Shown piece by piece: positions 22,183 to 30,902 of a stretch of 64,000 nucleotides of DNA. Each line of letters starts with the position of its first letter. Within the stretch, counting starts at the first letter, position 1. A program made the translations under genes and the position numbers. The notes beneath the pieces were generated by a model that was given only the letters and a program-made list of their open reading frames with translations, did no database searches and was not told the DNA's origin. The DNA comes from Candidatus Eiseniibacteriota bacterium. GTDB taxonomy: Bacteria; Eisenbacteria; RBG-16-71-46; CAVPCR01. Where the stretch lies: positions 64,001 through 128,000 of the forward strand of contig CAVPCR010000004.1 in assembly GCA_963702435.1 (NCBI GenBank), read 5' to 3'.

Positions 22183-23163
22183 ATGGACGGGAACAGCGAA
22201 CGAGCGGCCGAAGGGGACGCGCCCGCGCAGTCTGCTGATCCTATGAGCGACCACTATGCGGGCATGCCGCCGGAGACCCGGCTCTACAGGCTGCCCGTGG
22301 TTGCACTCGACTTCGAGACGACGGGACTCGCAGCCTATCGGGGCGATGCCATATGCGAGGTCGCCCTCGTCGGCGCGATCGGCGAGCAGGTGGACGTGCT
22401 TCTGACGACGCTCGTCGATCCGGGGCGGCCGCTTTCCGCCAAGACCCGCGAGCTGACCGGGATCGAGGAAGCCGACCTGCACGGCGCTCCGCGACTCCCC
22501 GACGTGCTGCCCGAGATGGCGCGGTTGATCGGGGCCTCCCCTCTCGTCATGCACAACGCGCCATTCGATCTCCACTTTCTCCAGGATGGTCTTACTCAAG
22601 CGGGCCGTCCCTCCTGCAACAACCTGGCGATCGATACGCTCCTCATGGCGCGCTTCCTCGACCGCAGCCGGGAAGGCAATTCGCTCCGACAGACGGCGGA
22701 GAGGTACGGGATTCCCCGAGGTCGAGCTCATCGTGCACTCGATGATGCTCGGGTCACAGCGCTCGCATACCACGCCCTGGTTCCATACCTCGAAGTGCGC
22801 GGCGTGAGCACCGCGGGTGATCTCGTTCGCGGGAGGATGGCAGGGCCGGCGGGCCTGTTCGTCCAGCGCCCCTCCAGCATGCTCCTCGACCTGGCCTCGC
22901 GCGTGGCCGGCACGGGCCGAGTCATTGATGTTCTCTATGCTTCGAGACCCGGAGGGGTGGGTGTTGAACGGCGTTTCAGACCCGATCGTCTCGAAGGTGA
23001 GGGACTCCTGATCGGCTGGGACATGGTTGCTGATGAGGAGCGCACGTACCGCCTGGATCGGATCCTGGTCCTGAGCGATGGGAAGACGACCTATCTCAGC
23101 CCCTGGGTTCTCCCCGAGGATGTTCCAACTCGCCTGCGCCCACAGCCCGTCGATATGTCGTAA
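22183..23163 (+). CDS. DEDDh (DnaQ-like) 3'-5' exonuclease fused to C-terminal WYL-like domain
   Basis: ExoI LDFETTG, ExoII HNAPFD, ExoIII HRALDD. C-terminal IDVLY...ERRFRPDRL...LIGWD...ERTYRLDRI fits the WYL pattern. Confidence 0.82.
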   Translation: MDGNSERAAEGDAPAQSADPMSDHYAGMPPETRLYRLPVVALDFETTGLAAYRGDAICEVALVGAIGEQVDVLLTTLVDPGRPLSAKTRELTGIEEADLHGAPRLPDVLPEMARLIGASPLVMHNAPFDLHFLQDGLTQAGRPSCNNLAIDTLLMARFLDRSREGNSLRQTAERYGIPRGRAHRALDDARVTALAYHALVPYLEVRGVSTAGDLVRGRMAGPAGLFVQRPSSMLLDLASRVAGTGRVIDVLYASRPGGVGVERRFRPDRLEGEGLLIGWDMVADEERTYRLDRILVLSDGKTTYLSPWVLPEDVPTRLRPQPVDMS

Positions 23164-23185
23164 GTTATTGTAGAATAATCACTTA
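23161..23185. promoter_or_regulatory. AT-rich dyad TAAGT-N15-ACTTA at the left flank of the parS array
   Basis: TAAGTTATTGTAGAATAATCACTTA, overlapping the exonuclease stop codon. Confidence 0.45.
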
Positions 23186-23335
23186 CAAGCCACGATCGAG
23201 CGTCTTCAGCTGGACACTCGCCGGTGGTGGTCCCCGGCCTGCTCGTTCCCTGCCTGCGTAGTCTCCACCCAGGAACGGCGGGCTGAGACGTCGTTGGTCA
23301 GTGCCCCAGATGGAACGCCCGCCCTCTGGGACCGG

Positions 23336-25344
23336 CGTTCCACGTGGAACGTCAATGCCCAGGAGGTTGAGGTCGGTGTTCCACGTGGAACATTCGAGCA
23401 GCCCAGTCTGCATAACAAGCACCGTTCAGCGCGCCCCCCGCCCACGTTCCACGTGGAACGTTCGCGCCTCCACCCTGAGATGCGAGGTTGGTGTTCCACG
23501 TGGAACATCGGGGGACCGAACGCGCGTCGACCGGGGGGAGCCAGGTCCGCGGTCGGTGTTCCACGTGGAACATCGGGGGACCGAACGCGCGTCCCCCCTG
23601 GGGGAGTCAGGTCTGCGGTCGGTGTTCCACGTGGAACACTTGCGCATCTGAGGCCAGGGTGTAGATCAGCCCGCTGAGGATTCGGCTCGGCTTGGAGCCC
23701 GCCCACGTTCCACGTGGAACGTTCGCGCCTCTACCTAGAGAGAGGTTGATGTTCCACGTGGAACGCTCGAGCTGCCCAGTCTGCATAACAAGCACCGTCC
23801 AGCGCCCCCCGCCCACGTTCCACGTGGAACGTTCGCGCCTCCACCTAGAGATGCGAGGTTCATGTTCCACGTGGAACATCAGGGGCCCGAGCCACGGACT
23901 CGGGGAGCCAAGTCTGCGGTCAGTGTTCCACGTGGAACACTGACCGCATCTGAGGCCAGGGTGTAGATCAGCCCGCTGAGGATTCGGCTCGGCTGGGAGC
24001 CCACCCACGTTCCACGTGGAACGTTCGCGCCTCCACCTAGAGATGCGAGGTTGATGTTCCACGTGGAACATCGGGGGCCCGACCCATGGACTCGGGGAGT
24101 CAGGTCTGCGGTCGGTGTTCCACGTGGAACCTCTGCAGGGCAGCGGCCAGGGTGTTGACCAGGCTGCAGGATCGGCTCAGCTTCGAGCACCGCCCACGTT
24201 CCACGTGGAACGTTCGCGCCTCTACCTAGAGAGAGGTTGATGTTCCACGTGGAACGTTCGGGGGACCGAACGCGCGTCAGACCGGGGGGAGCCAGGTCTG
24301 CGGTCGGTCGGTGTTCCTCGTGGAACGCTCGAGCTGCCCAGTCTGCATAACAAGCACCGTCCAGCGCCCCCCGCCCACGTTCCACGTGGAACGTTCGCGC
24401 CTCCACCCAGAGATGAGAGGTTGACGTTCCACGTGGAACATCAGTGGCCCGAGCCACGGACTCGGGGAGCCAAGTCCGCGGTCAGTGTTCCACGTGGAAC
24501 GTTCGGGTGGACCGAACGTGCGTCGACCGGGGGGAGTCAGGTCTGCGGTCGGTGTTCCACGTGGAACGTTCGCGCCTCTACCTAGAGAGAGGTTGATGTT
24601 CCACGTGGAACATCAGGGCCCGACCCATGGACTCGGGGAGTCAGGCCTGCGGTCAGTGTTCCACGTGGAACACTTGCGCATCTGGGGCCAGGGTGTAGAT
24701 CAGCCCACTGAGGATTCGGCTCGGCTTGGAGCCCGCCCACGTTCCAGGTGGAACGTTCGCGCCTCCACCCAGAGATGAGAGGTTGACGTTCCACGTGGAA
24801 CATCAGGGGCCCAAGCCACGGACTCGGGGAGCCAAGTCTGCGGTCAGTGTTCCACGTGGAACGTTCGGGCCTCCATCCAGAGATGCGAGGTTGATGTTCC
24901 ACGTGGAACATTAGGGGCCCGACCCATGGACTCGGCGAGTCAGGTCTGCGATTGGTGTTCCACGTGGAACGCTCGAGGTGCCGCAGCCAGGCAGCAGACC
25001 AGTCTGCAGAACAGGCTTCGCCCAGTGCCCCCCGCCCACGTTCCACGTGGAACGTCGGCGCCTCCACCCGAGGTTGATGTTCCACGTGGAACATCGCGTG
25101 ACCCGACTTCACATCACCGGGAGTCAGGTCTGCGGGCGGGCGGTGTTCCACGTGGAACACTTGCGCATCGGGGGCCAGGGTGCTGATCAGCCCTCGGAGG
25201 ATTCGACTTGGCTTGGAGCCCGCCCACGTTCCACGTGGAACGTTCGCGCCTCCACTCAGAGATGCGAGGTTGACGTTCCACGTGGAACATCACGGGCTCG
25301 ACCCACATCTCGGGAGGAATGCGGCCGGTGTTCCACGTGGAACA
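23336..25344. repeat. parS: parS centromere array: 34 GTTCCACGTGGAAC palindromes with recurring spacers
   Basis: 14-bp cores start at 23337, 23378, 23446, 23493, 23558, 23624, 23707, 23751, 23817, 23864, 23925, 24009, 24056, 24117, 24198, 24242, 24313 (variant CCTCG), 24379, 24426, 24487, 24554, 24598, 24658, 24741 (variant CCAGG), 24788, 24849, 24896, 24957, 25040, 25079, 25145, 25228, 25275 and 25330. The core matches the known chromosomal parS consensus and the array lies directly upstream of parAB. Confidence 0.93.
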
Positions 25345-25573
25345 CTCGCAGCACGGAAGCCGGGTGTAGATCAGCTGTCAGGATAGGACGCTCGCCTCAC
25401 GCCCGCCCACGTGCCCCCCCGAACCAGTCAGACCAATCACCAGACCGGCCATGCAAACCATTACTATAGAATGAGATAGAAATCGAACTGGACCGCCGTT
25501 CCGCAGATGCGCTACAACCTGATCCTGAATCGGCCCGTGCCCCGGCAGGGTGCTTCGCGCATCCTGATCTTCA

Positions 25574-25598
25574 TAACTTGTTGTAAAATAAGAAGATA
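25574..25598. promoter_or_regulatory. AT-rich dyad TAACT-N15-AGATA immediately upstream of parA
   Basis: TAACTTGTTGTAAAATAAGAAGATA; 15 of the first 18 nt are identical to the element at 23161. Confidence 0.4.
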
Positions 25599-25599
25599 G

Positions 25600-26382
25600 A
25601 TGGATACCATGAGTGCGCGCCGGGGACGCGTCGTGGCCGTCGCGAATCAAAAGGGCGGAGTCGGCAAGACGACCACGGCGGTGAACCTGGGCGCGTCCCT
25701 GGCCCTTGCCGGCAAACGGGTTCTTCTCGTTGATCTGGATCCGCAAGGGAACGCTTCGAGCGGTCTGGGTCTCAGCCCGGAAACAGAGCCGACGGGAATC
25801 TACGAAGTGCTCATCGACGGCCAGCCCCTCGCTGACGCGCGTATCGCAACCCAGGTGATCGGGCTCGACGCCGTGGTCTCGGGTCAGCGCCTGGGGGGTG
25901 CGGAGGTCGAGCTCGTCGCGATTCCCGAGCGCGAGTTCATTCTCCGGCGCGCCCTCACCGATGTGCGCGGCGAGTACGACTACGTTCTCCTCGATTGCCC
26001 GCCATCGCTCGGCCTCCTTACCGTGAACGGGCTCACGGCCGCCGACTCGGTCATGATTCCGCTCCAGTGTGAGTACTACGCGCTCGAGGGGCTGAGCCAG
26101 CTCCTCAATGCGATCCGACTCGTGCAACAGAACCTCAATCCGGATCTGCGCATCGAGGGCGTCGTGCTGACCATGTACGACGGCCGGCTCAACCTGTCGC
26201 AGCAGATCGTGGAGGAAGCGAGGCGCTTCTTTGCCGAGCGGGTCTACAAGACACTCATCCCGCGTAACGTGCGGCTCAGCGAGGCCCCCAGCTTCGGCAA
26301 GCCGGCTGTGCTCTACGACCGCTATTGCGCCGGGTCGGAAAGCTACCTGAACCTCGCGCAGGAAGTGATCGCCAATGGTTAG
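25600..26382 (+). CDS. parA: Chromosome partitioning ATPase ParA/Soj
   Basis: NQKGGVGKTTT, DLDPQGNAS, DCPPSLG, QCEYYALEG, IPRNVRLSEAPS. Confidence 0.96.
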   Translation: MDTMSARRGRVVAVANQKGGVGKTTTAVNLGASLALAGKRVLLVDLDPQGNASSGLGLSPETEPTGIYEVLIDGQPLADARIATQVIGLDAVVSGQRLGGAEVELVAIPEREFILRRALTDVRGEYDYVLLDCPPSLGLLTVNGLTAADSVMIPLQCEYYALEGLSQLLNAIRLVQQNLNPDLRIEGVVLTMYDGRLNLSQQIVEEARRFFAERVYKTLIPRNVRLSEAPSFGKPAVLYDRYCAGSESYLNLAQEVIANG

Positions 26383-27568
26383 GAAAGCCCTGGGTCGCGG
26401 CCTCGAGGCCCTCATTCCCAATGCTCGCGAGCTCCTCGACACCTCCGCTCCCGCTGCGCCGGAGGTGGACACGACGACGACCGCGGTGCACGGGACCGGG
26501 GAGACTGTCATCGCCGAGGAGAGCGGCGCGGAGTCCGCTCCGGCCGGGTCGGCGCAGGCCGCGCGACCGGCGCCTCCAGCCGAATCGACCGGGGCTGCGG
26601 CGGAGTCCGCGTCCACGGTCTCCCGACACGCGCCGCCGGCCAGCGCCGCCTACGCCGCCGCCGCTCCTGCCGCCACAGCGGGGCCGCCCGCCGCGCGCAG
26701 CGGGAGTTTCACGCCGGGAGCGGTTCCCGCGTCCTACTCGCCCGGCGGCGCTGCGGATTCGAAGCGCGCATTCGCGTCCGGTCGCGCGAGCGTCGTCATC
26801 GATGTGGCCCTCGATCGGATCAAGCCGAATCCCTATCAGCCGCGCGAGCGCTTCGACGACAACGAGACCGAGGAGCTGGCGACCTCCATTCGCTCGAGAG
26901 GCGTGCTGCAACCCGTTCTTCTCCGGCGGCAGGGCGTGGGATACGAGCTCATCGCCGGGGAGCGCCGCATGCGGGCCGCGCGGCGGGCCGGTCTCAACAG
27001 CATCCCGGCGATCGTGCGCGACGCGTCGGACCGCGAGGTGCTCGAGCTCGCCCTCATCGAGAACGAGCAGCGTGTCGATCTCACGCCCATCGAGTCGGCC
27101 CGGAGCTACGCTCGGGTGCTCGAGGAATTCCAGCTCACGCAAGCCGACCTGGCCGATGTGCTCGGGCGCGACCGCTCGACCGTGAGCAATCTCATCCGCT
27201 TGCTCAAGCTGCCGGAGAAGGTGCAGGCGCTGATCGAGGAGAAGCGTCTGTCGATGGGGCACGCGCGCGCGCTTCTCGGCATCGAGGAGCCGAAGCGCTG
27301 CCTGGCCGTGGCCGAGCGCACGGCGAAACAGGGGCTCTCCGTGCGTGCGGTCGAGCGCATCGCCCAGGCGGCGCCGCGCCGGCGCCCGCAGCGGGTGCAG
27401 CCGCAGGATGCAGAGCTCTTTCCTTTCGAGGAACGGCTGCGGCGCCGCTTCGGCACCCAGGTGCGGATCCACCGGCGGAACGGGCGCGGGCGGATCGAGA
27501 TCGAGTTCTACAACGCCACCGATCTCGAGCGGATTCTCGAGGAGCTGGGCGCGCTGCAGGACGCCTAG
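26375..27568 (+). CDS. parB: Chromosome partitioning CTPase ParB/Spo0J with long Ala/Pro-rich N-terminal linker
   Basis: ALGRGLEALI peptide, PNPYQPR, IAGERR, ALIENEQR, HTH RSTVSNLIRLL, SMGHARALL. Confidence 0.96.
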   Translation: MVRKALGRGLEALIPNARELLDTSAPAAPEVDTTTTAVHGTGETVIAEESGAESAPAGSAQAARPAPPAESTGAAAESASTVSRHAPPASAAYAAAAPAATAGPPAARSGSFTPGAVPASYSPGGAADSKRAFASGRASVVIDVALDRIKPNPYQPRERFDDNETEELATSIRSRGVLQPVLLRRQGVGYELIAGERRMRAARRAGLNSIPAIVRDASDREVLELALIENEQRVDLTPIESARSYARVLEEFQLTQADLADVLGRDRSTVSNLIRLLKLPEKVQALIEEKRLSMGHARALLGIEEPKRCLAVAERTAKQGLSVRAVERIAQAAPRRRPQRVQPQDAELFPFEERLRRRFGTQVRIHRRNGRGRIEIEFYNATDLERILEELGALQDA

Positions 27569-27587
27569 CTAGCAGCACCGGGATCCG

Positions 27588-28589
27588 ATGTTCGCCCACG
27601 ACGATCATGACGAGCACGTGCACGGGAGTGACCTCGCCCGCGGCGGGCAGGTGCACATCACCGTCGCCCGCGAGGAAGGCGGCAAACCGTTCGCGCTGAC
27701 GCTTCCGGACTGGCTCTTCAAGGTCGCCCTTGGTCTCGTGGGCGTGCTGGCCGTGCTCATCATCGGCGGGGGAGTGCTCACAGCCCGCATGGGCGCCGAG
27801 CTCCGCCGGCTGCACGAGATCGAAGAGGAAAACGCGGCGCTCCGGGCCGAGAACCGGAAGATCGACGTGCTCGCACAGGAGCTCGCCGAGCTCGACGACC
27901 TGCGCCAGCGGGTCCTCGCGATCGCCGGCACGAGCGCCCCCAGCGCCAAGGGCACCACCGCCGGCAAGGGCGCTCCCGCCGACGCCGAGCGCCGCGCGTC
28001 CGCCGCATCCGAACGCCGTGCACCCGACGCTGCCGAGCGCCGCGCGGCCGCCGCATCCGAACGCCGTGCCGTCGCCGATCTCCGGCGGAGCGTTCCCGCT
28101 GTGCCCACTCCGCTCCTGCCCCCGAGCATGCGCAAGGGGACCAGGGGCGCGCCGCCGGAGCCGAGCGGTCTCGCAGGAGTCCCCGCGGCTTCGCCCGCAT
28201 CGACGGTGACACCGCTTCCTTCGCGGTGGCCCGTGGACGGGGTCATCTCGAAGGAGTTTCGAGTCAACACGACACCGGACCGCGAGCATCACGGTCTCGA
28301 CATCGCGGCCCCTCACGGCGCGCCGGTGCGCGCCGCGGGGACGGGTGTGGTGTCCTTCGCGGAGATGGACAGCGTGTTCGGGCTCCTCATCGTCATCGAG
28401 CATGCCGGCGGGTGGCAAACCGTCTACGGCCACAACTCGCGCCTCGTGGTCGGCATCGGCGACTCGGTGTACGCCGGTCAGGACATCGCGCAGGTCGGGT
28501 CGACCGGCGAGAGCTCGGCGCCGCATCTCCACTTCGAGGTGCGCCGCGGCGGTCGTCCGGTGGACCCGAAGCGCTATCTCGGCCGCTGA
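27588..28589 (+). CDS. M23 family metalloendopeptidase (TM + coiled coil + LytM)
   Basis: HHGLDIAA, TVYGHN, GSTGESSAPHLHFEVR. A 38-nt duplication (27984 and 28032) lies in the linker. Confidence 0.9.
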   Translation: MFAHDDHDEHVHGSDLARGGQVHITVAREEGGKPFALTLPDWLFKVALGLVGVLAVLIIGGGVLTARMGAELRRLHEIEEENAALRAENRKIDVLAQELAELDDLRQRVLAIAGTSAPSAKGTTAGKGAPADAERRASAASERRAPDAAERRAAAASERRAVADLRRSVPAVPTPLLPPSMRKGTRGAPPEPSGLAGVPAASPASTVTPLPSRWPVDGVISKEFRVNTTPDREHHGLDIAAPHGAPVRAAGTGVVSFAEMDSVFGLLIVIEHAGGWQTVYGHNSRLVVGIGDSVYAGQDIAQVGSTGESSAPHLHFEVRRGGRPVDPKRYLGR

Positions 28590-28901
28590 GCGGGAGGAAC
28601 GGTCCCGGCAGGAGAGAGCCGGCACGCGCCGTTCCAGAGGGCTGGAAGCCGGGCCCGCGACCCGGGTCCCCAACAGGCCCGCGGGAACCCGGATCCCCGC
28701 CCCGGGTTCAAGACGGAGGCGGCGGTCGCGCCGTCGCGCCGCGGCCCATCGGCTCCGATCCGACCCCCGCGCCGGCCGCGCAACATGCTATGCTTCAATC
28801 GCTTGCAAAACTCGAATAGCCCCCGCGCCAGTGCCGCCCGGTAACGGGTCGGAACAGACACCCATCACTCCCCGAGCACGACCAGAGCCAAGGAGGTCCG
28901 C

Positions 28902-29924
28902 TTGCCGGCGACGCCAACGACGCCAACCACCCACGAGGACGACGTCCGGGCCGTCGAGACGATGAAGGCAGCCCACGACCGCATCCGTGCCGAGATCCAC
29001 AAGGTCATCGTCGGCCAGGAGGGCGTGATCGAGGAACTCCTGACCGCTCTGTTCGCGGGCGGCCACTGCCTCCTCATCGGCGTCCCGGGACTCGCCAAGA
29101 CTCTCCTGATCCACAGTCTCGCCGATGTGCTCGACCTGAGCTTCAACCGCATCCAGTTCACGCCCGACCTCATGCCCTCCGACATCACGGGCACCGACAT
29201 CATCGAGGAGGACCAGACGACCGGGAAGCGGGTCTTCACCTTCATCCGCGGTCCGGTCTTCGCCAACATCGTGCTCGCCGACGAGATCAACCGCACGCCG
29301 CCGAAGACGCAGGCGGCGCTCCTCCAGGCCATGCAGGAGTACCAGGTGACCGCCGGCGGGCAGACCTACCCGATCGAGAAGCCGTTCTTCGTCCTCGCGA
29401 CCCAGAACCCGATCGAGCTCGAGGGCACCTACCCCCTGCCCGAGGCGCAGCTCGACCGCTTCATGTTCAACATCCATGTCGACTATCCGACCGAGGCGGA
29501 GGAGGTCGAGATCGTGACCTCGACCACGAGCGCCTACGAGGCCAAGCTCGATCGCGTGCTCTCCGGCGAGGACATCATGCGGTTGCAGAAGCTCGTCCGT
29601 CGTGTTCCGGTGGGCGAGCACGTGGTCAAGTACGCGGTGAAGCTCGCGCGGCGCACCCGCCCGAAGGCGGACGACGCGCCGCAGTTCATCAAGGACTACG
29701 TCGGCTGGGGCGCCGGGCCGCGCGCGTCGCAGTACATGATCCTCGCGGCCAAGTGCCGCGCCGTTCTCCTCGGGCGCTACTCGCCGACGGTCGAGGACGT
29801 GCGCGCGGCGGCGCCGTCGGTGCTCCGCCACCGCATCGTGACCAACTTCACCGCCGAGTCGGACGGCATTGCCGCCGGCGACATCGTGGGCCGGCTCCTG
29901 GCCGAGACCCCGGTCCCGGTGTAG
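28902..29924 (+). CDS. MoxR-family AAA+ ATPase
   Basis: GVPGLAKT, RIQFTPDLMPSDITG, DEINRTPPKTQAALL, ATQNPIELEGTYPLPEAQLDRF. Confidence 0.93.
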   Translation: MPATPTTPTTHEDDVRAVETMKAAHDRIRAEIHKVIVGQEGVIEELLTALFAGGHCLLIGVPGLAKTLLIHSLADVLDLSFNRIQFTPDLMPSDITGTDIIEEDQTTGKRVFTFIRGPVFANIVLADEINRTPPKTQAALLQAMQEYQVTAGGQTYPIEKPFFVLATQNPIELEGTYPLPEAQLDRFMFNIHVDYPTEAEEVEIVTSTTSAYEAKLDRVLSGEDIMRLQKLVRRVPVGEHVVKYAVKLARRTRPKADDAPQFIKDYVGWGAGPRASQYMILAAKCRAVLLGRYSPTVEDVRAAAPSVLRHRIVTNFTAESDGIAAGDIVGRLLAETPVPV

Positions 29925-29978
29925 CGCGGCCCCCAGTGCCCGGCGCGCGCTTCGCCGCGAGCGCCCGGCCGAGGAACC

Positions 29979-30881
29979 ATGGCTCTTCCCGAATCACGCC
30001 AGTATCTCGACCCGAACATCGTCTCGCGCCTGAAGAAGCTCGACCTCAAGGCGAAGCTGGTGGTCGAGGGGTTCATGACCGGGCTCCACCGGAGCCCCTA
30101 CCATGGCTTTTCGGTGGAGTTCGCCGAGCACCGGCCGTACATGCCCGGCGATCCGATCCGCAGCATCGACTGGAAGGTCTACGCCAAGTCCGATCGCTTC
30201 TATGTGAAGCAGTACGAGGACGAGACCAACCTCCGGGCCCACATCGTGCTCGATGTCAGCCGCTCGATGACCTATGCGGGGCAGGGGGCGATCTCGAAGC
30301 TCGAATACGCGAAGCACCTGGCGGCAGCGCTCGCCTATCTGATGCTGCACCAGCAGGACGCGGTGGGGCTCCTCACATTCGCCGATACGATCCGCCGCTA
30401 CGTGCCGTCGCGCTCGGTGCTCCGGCATCTCCGCGTGATCCTCCGGGAGCTCGAGACGGCCGAGCCGGGGACCGCGACCGACCTCGGCAGCTGCCTGTCG
30501 CAGGTCGCCGACCGCATCCGCCGCCGCGGGCTCGTGATCGTGCTCTCCGATCTCCTCGACGAGCCGGACCAGGTGATCCAGGGACTCAAGCACTTCCGCT
30601 ACAAGCAGCACGACGTGATCGTCTTCCAGATCCTCGACGAGGACGAGCGCGCCTTCCCCTTCAGCGACGAGATCGGATTCGTCGACATGGAGACGGGGGA
30701 GGAGGTCATCGCGCAGTCATGGGTGGTCGCCGGGGAGTACCGGAAGACGGTGGCCGACTGGAGCGATGCCTACCGCCGAACGTGCGGCGAGCAGCAGATC
30801 GAGTTCGTGCAGCTCACCAACAAGACGCCGTTCGATCGGGCGCTCCTCCGCTTCCTCGAGAAGCGCTCGCGGTTGCACTAG
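29979..30881 (+). CDS. DUF58 (VWA-like) MoxR partner
   Basis: GLHRSPYHGFSVEFAEHRPY, IDWKVYA, LDVSRSM. Confidence 0.9.
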   Translation: MALPESRQYLDPNIVSRLKKLDLKAKLVVEGFMTGLHRSPYHGFSVEFAEHRPYMPGDPIRSIDWKVYAKSDRFYVKQYEDETNLRAHIVLDVSRSMTYAGQGAISKLEYAKHLAAALAYLMLHQQDAVGLLTFADTIRRYVPSRSVLRHLRVILRELETAEPGTATDLGSCLSQVADRIRRRGLVIVLSDLLDEPDQVIQGLKHFRYKQHDVIVFQILDEDERAFPFSDEIGFVDMETGEEVIAQSWVVAGEYRKTVADWSDAYRRTCGEQQIEFVQLTNKTPFDRALLRFLEKRSRLH

Positions 30882-30902
30882 GACGCAGGGGAAGGGACGG
30901 GC

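Noticed and set aside
23336..25344. CRISPR array interpretation of the repeat-spacer pattern
   Set aside because: The repeat is only 14-16 bp and equals parS. Spacers vary from 25 to 70 nt and recur as families rather than being unique. No cas genes are present and parAB is adjacent.
23183..25469. Many short ORFs with MFHVEH / VPRGT / CSTWN repeats
   Set aside because: These are translations of the parS palindrome on both strands, with no coherent protein or coding bias.
22044..25599. Exonuclease plus array as a mobile element
   Set aside because: No integrase or transposase, terminal inverted repeats or target-site duplication were seen.
28590..28901. Possible ncRNA in the GC-rich intergenic region after the M23 gene
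   Set aside because: Only generic GC-rich stems; no recognisable tRNA, riboswitch or known RNA motif.
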